From: Mesotaenium endlicherianum
Taxonomy: Eukaryota
Reading direction: 5' to 3'
NCBI GenBank assembly: GCA_009602735.1
Contig: WELA01002483.1
Span: 41,003-105,002, forward strand
DNA length: 64,000 nucleotides
The notes under the pieces are model-generated. The model was not told where the DNA came from and searched no databases. It saw only the letters and a program-made list of their open reading frames with translations. The translations under genes and the position numbers were made by a program. Numbering within the stretch: the first letter of the stretch is position 1; each line of letters opens with the position of its first letter. Shown here piece after piece: positions 39,601 through 50,400 of this stretch.

Positions 39601-42218
39601 CGCTCGTCGAGCTGGGCGGTGTAGATAGGCGTAGGAAGGGGGCGATAACCCATGGCGGGATCGCCTGCCTGGGCTGGTGGAGGGTAGGAGCGCTAAAGAT
39701 TGTGCTGATGGGGCGCCATGCAAAGGGCTGCCACTGCGCGATCTGCGTAGTGACGGGCAAGCCGAGGAATGCGCTCGAGCAGCGCCTGCGGGCGAGCGGT
39801 GCGAGCATGCGCCTGGTATGTGCGCCAGCGCGCGCGTGCATCCTACAATGCCTCCTCAGGCACTGGGCGGGCCATAGCCTGCGCGTCGCGCACGCACTGC
39901 AGCTGCCACCCGTCTCTCGCCCTGTGGTCGGCGTGGTGTGACGCGCACTACAGCTGCCACCGGTCCCTTGCCCTGTGGTCGGCGTGGTGTGACGCGGCGT
40001 GGGCTAGCTGCTCTGTGGCTGTGCGTTGGTGCAACTGGGGACGCTCATCGAAGTACAAACACTGACGCTCGCAAAAATCCGTCTGGGTGGGCACTGTGCA
40101 GACGGAGCGCTCGTCCCTGGCTGCCGCCTGTCGAGGGCGAACAAGCTGACGTGGAGCGAGCTGGACTCGGAGACGCAGCGGAGAAAGACAGGCGAGCCGG
40201 ACGCGCTCCTGCTGGCGGCGCTGCATGATCTCTGCGCGTATGGCGGTAGTGTAGAGATAGCGGTCGCGGGGCCTGAGAGTGGTACGGGCCACCTTATGAG
40301 GAGGTGATCCAGACAGCCCGTCGCCGGCTATGTGGCTGCGCGGGACGGCGGCAGGCCAGCCGATCGGCGTCTGGTACAATACGTGAGCGGCAGTGGTGGA
40401 GGAAGACTGTGCGTCATCATCACCGGTGCGGAGATCGCACGGGCCGTTGTAAGGCGGTGTGACTGAGCGCGGGCGCGTCTCGCGCAAAGGAGTGATCTCC
40501 CTCTCCTCGCAAAGTGGAGTAATCTCTCGTGCGCTCCTGTGCATGTCGCGCAGAGGCGTGACCTCGCGAGCAACCCTGGCCTGCTCGCGGAGAGGGGTGA
40601 GCGCACGTGCGCGCCGGTCTGGCGACATAGTGCCGCGTGCAAGGCGCAGAGCCGGACTAACGTACGGAGAAAGACCTGTACGTCGAGGGCCAAGGATGCT
40701 GCTCCTGGGTCCTAGGTGCCGAGCATGTACGGCTTGCAGATCGGCGGCATGGAAAGGTGTCGTGGAGGCGGCGCTGGCTGAGGCGCGAGCTGCCCGGCCT
40801 GTGCCCAGGCTGTTGCCAGCAAACAAGTGCGTAATGTCACGGCACTCGTTGCTAGCCAAACAGTTGTGCTGTATCGGCCGACTGGGCCCGCCAGCACATC
40901 AATGGGCTCGACTGCCCGTAGTCTCGTGCGAGAGTGTGCTGAAGTTGGGAGGTCCTGTTGGCTGGCGTTGGACGCAGGCCGTAGGCATGGGCGGCGGTGG
41001 CTCCTCTAAAGGCTGGGCTGCGAGCTCCTCTGCGGCCTCTTGGGACCACTCGTGCCACTCCTCCTCCTCAAAGTTCTCCAACGACGCGTCGTCGGACCTG
41101 CCTGGATACGCCGCCTGCCTCATAGCCTCATCCTCAGATGTGGTAGTGCGCGGCTAGGAGTCACCCGTCCTGTGCGACGGTGCGGGCGAGGGCGTTTGGG
41201 AGGCCATGCGATACTGCATGGCGGCTCCCACAGGAACGTCATGTCGTACGCAAATGTCCGATCTCGCGGAGGATCCACTGGCCGCTGGAGGCTGCGACAG
41301 GGGGGGCGACCGCAGCGGCTGTCGCTGCGTCGTGGGCGTGCGCTGCAACAGTGATGACAACCGTGGCGATGGTGTGTGCCTCGACGGCGTCTGCCGCCAT
41401 CACACGCATTATGGCGTTATGAGCGGCGTAGATCCGTACTGTCTCCCTGGCTTGTGCAGCCAGAGTGTCAACCTGCTCCTGCGGCGTGAGGTGGAGCTCG
41501 GCGCCAGACAGCTCGGGCTCCTCTTCCAGCGTCTCAAGCAAGTCAGCGCCGACGGAGACCTCATCATCCTCGGCTCCCCCCTTATTGGTTTGAACCACGG
41601 GCCGGCCGTCGTCCAGCGCCATGAAGCCGTAGAGGGCGGACTCAGCTGAACAACGATCCACGTTGTCAAGCGGCACGGATGCAGTGCGGGTCCCCCCTGA
41701 CTGCCAGTCAGGTCGGTAGAAGACCCGCTCCACCCAGTTATCTACTGCGGCGCCGATGGGAGAGAGAACGTCTTGGCCAAGGAGCACGTCGAAGGTCTCA
41801 GAGCGGGTGACCAACGCGTGCCGGTGATTGGTCGTCTCATCCGAAGTGCCGGGCCAAAAGGTGAAGCAAAGGGCCAGCCGCGTGCGCCCGGTGACGGTCT
41901 CGTACGTGCTTGCTGCGGTGTTGATCCGCGTCGGCAAATCCTCTAGGTCGACTGGCGAGAGGCTCAGCTGGCGGAAGTAGCGCAGGCTGATAAGGACCGG
42001 CTAGGCGCCAGTGTTGAACATGATGCGCTGCGGGGCCTGCGTGTTGACGAGCACGATGCCCTGCAAATTATCCAAAAACGCAGCGTGAGGCGTGCTGATT
42101 ATGCTGCGCTCATGCGCAGGTCGCGCGGCTGCTGCGTCTGACGCTGACCTGCCGTCGGAGGCGCGTTGGCTGGCCCTACGTGACTGAAGCAATAGCTAAG
42201 TTGCCTGCCGTGTGGCCT

Positions 42219-43310
42219 TGAAATGAATCGACTTACCAAATAGGCGATTAATAATTAATAAAGATCTTTATATCAGGAAGTAATCTTTATGGTATTTTCC
42301 GACAACTGATTTAACAGCAAAGGACAACACACTAGCAGCGAAAAATACTCGTAAGTCAAAAGCAAGTAAACTAGCATCAATAATGCAATCAGTAAATTCA
42401 TACATAAGTAAGGTTGGACGACGGTGCGTATCAATGGCTTCTCGCCTTGGATTCAGATCTCTCTCAGTAAGCGGTACAGAGAGTTGGCCTTGTTTTCGAA
42501 TGCCGACCTCGAGAGCAATGCCTAGCATATGTACAGGGAATCAGTTTACTGTTCAACGGCCAGTGCGATGGCACCGCCTACCCGGGAGTTAACCACGTTG
42601 GTAGGACCTCGGTTAACCAAATCCACCGCCATCTCCTATCATCCCGAATCGCCATCCATCCTAGGGATGTCATCTGGCCATTCATCTAGCATACCACACT
42701 TAGATGCATATCGAGGCAGTTCGCTGCTACCGAGTACGGAAGTCAGTTGGCTGTCAAAGAATGTGTCAGCAAGCTGACTTAAGTTGTTTTCAGCTTGCTG
42801 CTTCCGGTTGAGTCCTTAACTGATAATTATATAAAGTCCAGCAGACTCAATACTACATAAAGTTCAGTAGGCTGAACTGAATTTACTATTATATTTAAAT
42901 GAATATCATATCTACTAATATACTGATTCATTATAATCCCTTTAACTTGTTGTCGCCTCGACAACATTAAATTGCAGAAGTCTCTGGTCAGGGAACTGAA
43001 CTTGACCAGCCTCCCACACTGACTGCCTCTTCAGCCTGTCACCTAGGGGGTTGTTCCTGGGGCTTCAGGATCAGGAGACTAAGATTTGGACCTAGATCTG
43101 GACAGCCCTCTAGGTCTGTCAACTGGCCTTCTAAAGAAACCCGTTTGTTCTAAAGTTGGACCTCGAGGAGAACGAAGGATGGTAGCCTGCTCTTCAACCA
43201 CTTGGGTGGTGATCACCACATAAACAGGCATTCCAGTAGGGTGCTGAAATTCATTGGCAAGAGGTACATGCTCCTGAGCGAAAGGAGAGGCCGGCGTACC
43301 TTTGGCCACC
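42219..43310 (-). mobile_element. Family F1 chromovirus, element A: 3' LTR (42219-42935), PPT and C-terminal end of the extra ORF; interrupted by element B
   Basis: Reverse copy of the 43311-44033 LTR; PPT ACAACAAGTTAAAGGGAT; ORF 43079-43309 matches the end of the ORF at 60310-60495. Confidence 0.88.
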
Positions 43311-44067
43311 TGTAATGAATCAGTATATTAGTAGATATAATATTCATTTAACTATAATAAATATTAAAGTTCAGGCTACTGAATCAGGCTAGTTGTTAAT
43401 CAGTCTGCTGGACTTTATATTTAATTATCAGTTTAATGACTCAGCCGGAAGCAGCAGGCTGAAGTCAACTTAAGTCAGCTTGCTGACACATTCTTTGACA
43501 GCCAGCTGACTTCCGTACTCGGTAGCAGCGAACTGCCTAGATATGCATCTAAGTGTGGTATGCTAGATGAATGGCCAGATGACATCCTTAGAATGGATGG
43601 CGATTCGAGATGATGGGAGACGGCGGTGGATTTGGTTAACCGAGGTCCTGCCAGCGTGGTTAACTCCCGGGTAGGCGGTGCCATCGCACTTGCCGTTGAA
43701 CAGTAAACTCATTCCATGTACATATGCTAGGATTGCTCTCGAGTTCGGCATTCGGAAACAAGGCCAACTCTCTTGTATTGTTGACTGAGAAAAATCTGAA
43801 TCCAAGGCGAGACGCCATTGATACGCACTGTATTCTAGCCTTGCTTATGTATGAGTTTACTGATTGCATTACTGATGCTAGTTTACTTGCATTTGACTTG
43901 TGAGTATTGTCCACTGCTAGTGTGGTTTCTTTTGCTGTTTAATCAATTAACAAAAAATACCATATAAATTACTTGCTGATATGAAGATCTTCATTAATTG
44001 TTAATCGCCTAATTGGTAAGTCGATTCATTTCAGTGGTATCAGGGCACTTATCACAGTTTTCTTTGT

Positions 44068-45475
44068 ATGGTAAGGACAAGGTCTCAAACTAGCAACTCC
44101 CGAGACATGGAGAACCAGGATGACGAGAATGTCAAAAACCAGGTGGAAAGCCATGTAGCGGGAACCCGTACCTATTCTAAAGCAGTGGCAGATACTGCAA
44201 CTAGAGAGGCTCCAGACGAGGCAGCTGCTATTGCTGCAGTCGCAGCACAGCAAGCTGAGGAGCAGAGAGCCAAATTAGCTAAACAATTAGCAAAGGCTGC
44301 TGTAGATACAGAAAGGGAGAAGGACAGCCTGTTGACGAGCGCACGGTTGAAGAACTTATGGCATCCAGGGCAAATTTTTTGAACCCACCGCAATGGGTCC
44401 AGCTGCTGCAGGAGTGAGAGGGACTGTTGAGGACACTACTCAGCGAGTAGATGCCAATGCTGCTGCTGCATTTGCTAGATTACCACCCCAGAGTGTAGAC
44501 TTGGGAGCATTGTTCGTTCAAATGCAGTCGCAAATGGCGACCATGTATCAATCCCAACAGGAGGACAAAAGAACCGTAATGTCTCTACTGCGGGACAGAG
44601 ACCAACTGGGGTCTCAAACCAGTGGTGGTGGTGGCAGAGGGCTTAGTAAGCCTAAGCCAAATCCTCCCCAGGACTATGATCCTGAGGGAAACAGAAAATA
44701 TTACCTGATCAAGTTTCTCGCGGATGTTGAGCAGTGGCTAGAAAAAAACTACCCGAAACTGCAAGATTACGAGATGGTCAGGCACACTGGTGCGCTACTG
44801 AAAGGCAGTGCCGCAGACTGGTGGCTATACTCGAAAGGAGAGCGTAAGGCTCAGCAACTCGGTGACCCTACGTGGGAAGAGTTTGTCGAGAAGTTGCATG
44901 AGAAGTTTGATGTCATCAAGCAGCAGGAGAAAGCTATCTATGCGATGATCTCCCTGACACTGAAGCAGACCACTTCAGTTGCTGAGTTTGCTCAAAAGTT
45001 TCAGGAGAACATGATAAAACAGCCAGACTTGCCAGAACGGTATAGAATAGCGTACTTCAGGTATGGCTTGAAATCCGAAGTCTTTGGTCATTTTGCTGAG
45101 AAGAAGTATGAGAAACTGGCTGACTTGATCCAGGACGCTGATGCCTGGGATCAGCAGCAGTTCAATCACAAGCGCCAGAGTAATGCTTGGGTGTCCAGGA
45201 TGGTCAATAAGCCCCACGGTGCCTACAATGCAATTGAAGGAGACCACGCTGAGGATGATCAGGGTGATGAATATGAGTATGAGTATAATGCTATACAGTC
45301 TAGAGGTAGAGGTGCTTTCTCTCAAGGCGGCTAAGGAAGAGGTGGTGGTAGGACATAGCCGAGACCAGCCTCATCAAAATCCACTTGCTACCATTGTCAG
45401 CAGTTGGGCCACTACAGAGAACAGTGTCCAGTCAAGCACCTTCCGAAGGTCGAGAGAAAAGACCAGCCTTTATAA
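44068..45475 (+). pseudogene. gag: Element B gag (one frameshift, premature stops)
   Basis: ORFs 44068-44382 and 44393-45334, plus a zinc knuckle after in-frame TAA/TAG stops. Confidence 0.85.
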
Positions 45476-47478
45476 GACAACAACAGCCAGTATTCCAGTC
45501 TACTGACTGTGAGGCTAGAGATAGTGAGTCGTCACTAGCTGCCCTCGTAGCACGTATTATGGGTCCTGCTGAAAAGGATTCACTATGCATGCCCGACAAC
45601 CAGATAAAGGAGACCATCAGCAATATAGACATCCGGGGAGTGCACACTCTGTACATACATTTATCCATGAGGACTTAGTTAAGCGGCTAAGGCTGCCTAC
45701 TGTCACCCAAGGGAATAGAGAAATATTCCTTGGAGATGCCTCAAGTATCCCGGGAGGAGTTATAACCAAGCCTCTTGAGGTCCAGTTAGGTTCTGGCATT
45801 GCAGTTCTAACTGAAACGCTTACATTTGAGGTACTCAACACTGGCTTTTTGATCTTGTGCTAGGCAGGTCCTGGCTTAATAGACTTCAAGCTGAAGTGTG
45901 TTGGAGCAGAGGTACACTTAAAGTGAGAGGAGCCAGTGATGGGCAGACTAACTTGGCACCCACCAGTGCTCTTCCTCTTGTCCTGTATGGATGGCAACTG
46001 AAGGAAAAGAAGAGGCTTCCAGAAGGATGCAAGTTGCTGAATGCAATGGAGTTCGTCAAAAGCTGGAACCAGAAGGAAGACACAATGTTCTGTCTGCTGC
46101 TAAGAGAGGTACCTCCTCAACCTGAAGAAGTGGTTGAGAAAAAGGTAAGCCCTCCGGAGCACCCTACTGCTGCGAAAATTGGTCCTCAGTACACGGATGT
46201 ATGTAATATGCCTCCAGGACTACCCCCTAAGAGGGAAGTAGATCGTAGGATTGATTTATTACCTGGAAGTCAACCACCCTGGCAACGCACTTATGGCTTG
46301 TCTTATGTGGAGAGCGAGGAGTTGAAAACACAGATTGCAGAGCTTGAGGAAAATGGTTATATTTCTCCCAGTTAATCACCTTACGGCATACCCATTCTAT
46401 TTGTTAAGAAAAAGGATGGCAGTTTGCGGATGTGTGTGGATTACAGAGCTCTGAACAGAATTATAGTAAAGAACAAGTATGCTTTACCCAGAATTGAGGA
46501 CTTGCTTGATACCCTGTCTGGTGCTAAGGTGTTCAGTAAGATAGATCTCAAGAGTGGTTATCATCAAATCAGAATTGCTGGGGGGGATGGACATAAGACT
46601 GCCTTTCGCACACGTTATGGACACTATGAGTTCAACGTGATGCCATTTGGACTGACAAATGCTCCTGCGACCTTCATGGGTGCTATGAGTGACATNGTGA
46701 CATTTTCAGATTTTATTTGGATAAGTTTGTGCGAGTTTTCCTGGATGATATTTTAATTTTCTCTAAAGATGAAGCTCAGCACGCTGAACACTTAAAGACA
46801 GTCATGGACACCCTGAGAGGAAATTACTTATATGCAAAAATGAGCAAGTGTGATTTCGTTAAGGAAAGTGTTGAATTCTTAGCCACGTTGTCAGTAAAGA
46901 AGGCATCAGTGTGGATCCTAAGAAAGTTCAGACCATAAAGGACTGGCCAGTACCACAGCCGTCTCTGAAGTTAGATCCTTCCTCGGGTTGGCTAACTACT
47001 ATAGAAGATTTATTGAGAATTATTCTACAAAGCCCAGTAAACTGACTGACCTTACTAAGAAAGACATAGGGTATGTGTGGGGGGAAGAGCAGCAGGCTGC
47101 CTTCCAGACCCTTAAAGATGCTCTTTGTTTTGCCCCAGTGCTAGCCGTGTGTGACCCCAGTAAACCGGTGCAGGTGGTCACTGATGCCTCTGACTTTGCC
47201 ATGGGTGCTATTTTGGTGCAGCCTGCTCACAAAACCACAAAGGATGGTAAGGTACGGCAGGAGTGGCATCCTGTGTTGTACGAGTCAATGAAATTTAATC
47301 CAGCGGAGATTAATCACTCAGTGCATGATAAAGAGCTGCTAACTATCATTCATGTACTCAAACAGTGGAGAGCATACTTACATGGTAAAGCTTTTAAGGT
47401 GATTACAGATCATCTAGCTCCGACTCACTTTCAGAAGAAGTCCAAGCTGTCAAGGAGGCAGAACCGCTGGAGCCAGAT

Positions 47479-50400
47479 TGAAAAGGGCAAGGTGCCCTAG
47501 TGGAAGCGTAGTGATTCACGAGGAAAGGAACTAGTTGCAATCATACTAGAGAGTGCAGCGGTATATCACTAACAAAGTTTAGGAAAAATACTCGACTTTT
47601 TGAGTAGCAAGAAACTGCTCACAAATGATGTAGGATGAAAGGCCTTGTCATTGTCTACCCTGAACCCTAATACTATTCAAGAGTCCCATAAATGTAGCAG
47701 GTGCATTAGTTAACCCAAAAGGCATGACTGTGAACTCGAACAAACCATAGCGAGTTCTGAAAGCAGTCTTCTGAACATCTCCTTCCGCAATTCGTACCTG
47801 GTAATAGCCACTCCTCAAATCGATCTTTGAGAAATACTTTGCCCCGACAAGCCTGTCAATCAACTCGTCCACTTGTGGAAGTGGGTACCTGTTCTTGATG
47901 GTGACCTTGTTGAGAGCCCGGTAGTTGATACACATCCTCATAGCCCCATCCTTCTTCTTCACAAATAAAACTGGCGCTACAAATGGAGACTCGCTGGGTG
48001 GGATGAATCCCTTCTCCAATAACTCCGTCAACTGCTTCTTCAACTCGTCCAACTCCGCAAACGATTGACGATAGGCGGGTCTCACGGGTGGCTTGCTCCC
48101 TGGTTCCAACTCGATCTTGTGCTCCATAGCTCTCTGTGGAGGTAATCCTGCAGGTAGTTCCTCAGGAAATACGCACTTGAACTCCTCCAACAGCGCCTTA
48201 ATTTGGGCAGGCATCTCAGCAGGCTTCTTCTCTTGAGCAGCTGGGCTCTGCTCCTTCTGAGCAAGGGGATCAGACACCACTACTTGCTCCTCCGGCGATG
48301 TACATTCGCCCAGGCTGTTAGGATTCACGCTTGCTCCATCTGATGACCTGGCCAGGGCCACCGAAACAAGGTGCATCTCCATCACCTGATTCGCCCTGCA
48401 TAGCTTCTTAACTTGCAGGCTCGACAGAAGACAGTTACTTGTGGTCGTATCTACCTCCACCTGTTTCGCTGTCTCCATTCGACCATCACGCCCTTGGACT
48501 TTCACTTGTCCTGTGCTCCAGTGCACTTGAGGGTTGGCTTTTTCTAGCCATGGTCGGCCCAATAACTTCAGTACTCTGGTGCCCCGCTACTTCCACATGA
48601 ATAGCTTCCGTAGGTGCACCTCACTTGAGTCTCTGCCCATTCGCCAAAATTGCCTCCTTAGGCTCATAATGCTTCTGCACAGGGATTCGCCACTCTTTCA
48701 CCAGCTTCTTGTGCACAAAGTTTGCACTTGCGCCACAGTCGACCATACACTTCGCCTTGTTGTCGTCGACTACTCCTTCCACGATGATAGGCTTGTCAAC
48801 ATCTCGTCCTTTGCTTCTCGACAGGCTCCTGGGGATAACCTCCTTGTGAGTTCTTGTCTTCACGCCAGTAGACACCCTAGAACGACTTATTGGCGTCCTC
48901 CTTTTTCCTGCTGTTGAGGTTGCTTCGTCTTCACGTCACAGTCTCGAGCCAGATGTCCAAGCTTGCCGCAATTATAGCAGGGTCCTCTCGGCTTCAGATT
49001 CTGCTGCAGGCGCTGGTACTGCACAAGTCCCAAATCCATAGGTACTGGGCCTTGTCCACTCGTGCTCGGCGCTTGAGATCCAAAGTGTCGATATCCTCCA
49101 AAGTTGTGGCTGCCCCACTGCCTCTGACTATACTCCACAGCGTCGACCCTTGTTGCCAATGCCATCATTTCTCCAAGACTGGTAGGGTCCTTGAGCGCCA
49201 CTTTCTTGGCCACAGTTGGCTTGAGTCCCCTCTTGAACTTGTCCATCATCTCCGACTCGTGCATGGATGGACATTGGAGCACCAGCTCGTTGAAGCGCGA
49301 TACATACTCTTGAACGCTTGCTCGTTGACGAAGGCGCACCAATAGATCTCGAGCAGTAGCCTCGGGTGCAATAGGTTGAAATTGCCTCTTCAAGCCTTCA
49401 AAGAGCTGATCAACAGTAGCAGAACTCCAGATAGCTGCTCTTCTCGTTCATACCAAGCTCCAGCACTCTTCTGCAGCAAAGTTATGACAAAGGCGACGTG
49501 CCTGTCGGGCGTGAGCGCAGAATACTCCATAAACTTCCTCACTCCAAAAATCCATTGATGAACAGGCGGCGATCCACGCTCTCCAGTATAAACTTCAGGC
49601 TTAGGCGCACGCACTCCTGATGCGGGTGGAATAACTGGTTGTACCACTGGCTTAACATGAATTGGTGGTACAACGGGTGCAGGTGCCAAACTCGTCGAAG
49701 CGGCGTTCCCCATAACAACTCGCACCATTCTCTCCACCTCCGCACGCATATTTTGTTGAAACTGGGTGTAGACTTCTCCTCCAATTGCATTTGCCATTTG
49801 CCTTAGCATCGCCTGCATCTCTTGTTGCTCTCTGGTCATTGTTGGTGCTGCCTGCTGCCCCGCGCGCTCAACATGCTCGACATGTTCGCCTCCTCCAGCT
49901 GCCGGCTGCGACTCCATAATATAATATGCAAACTAGCCCAGCTCCGATACCAGATGAAAAAGGCAAGGTGCCCTAGTGGAAGCGTAGTGATTCACGAGGA
50001 AAGGAACTAGTTGCAATCATACTAGAGAGTGCAGCGACATATCACTAACAAAGTTTAGGAAACTACTCGACTTTTTGAGTAGCAAGAAATTGCTCACAAA
50101 TGATGTAGGATGAAAGGCCTTGTCATTACAAACCCGTAGAAATTTGCAGAATTGAAAGTTGATAAGAAACAAAGAAGTTATGCCTATTTATAATTTTCTG
50201 CTTAAGTGCTCCTCCCTAGGAGGAAGCTACGGATTTTCCTAAGTGTTCGTCAAATTGTCCCTTCCAGAATATTCGTGAGTAAGCCAGATCAGTCTAATCT
50301 GACGTATCAAACCGAATTGACGTCCACATACATGCATCGACATTACTAAAATATTCAATCTTAGACGAGCTATGTAAGGTCATAGGTTTATAAAGTGCAT

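Larger units (their letters stand above)
35151..42218 (-). mobile_element. Decayed GC-rich Ty3/Gypsy element: protease - DNMT - RT - RNase H - integrase - PHD; 5' part displaced by insertion at 42219
   Basis: Protease IMFNTGA..FDVLLG (41.7-42.0 kb), DNMT (38.7-39.6 kb), RT RMCGDYRKLN..MPFGLKNAP..YIND, RNase H, integrase HETLGHFG..CLLC..WSLDLAG..AERMVQT, PHD CQIC..H..WLCNDC, PPT AGAGCTGGGGGGGG at 35151-35164. Many stops and frameshifts. Confidence 0.88.

Noticed and set aside
42449..42480. Resemblance of ggcttctcgccttggattcagatc in F1 LTRs to the 5' end of U2 snRNA
   Set aside because: No branch-pairing GTGTAGTA or Sm site follows; a short chance similarity inside an LTR.
43475..43684. 69-aa antisense ORF (MAPPTRELTT..) open in all four F1 LTRs
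   Set aside because: Most differences among copies change amino acids in this frame; openness is explained by high nucleotide identity.
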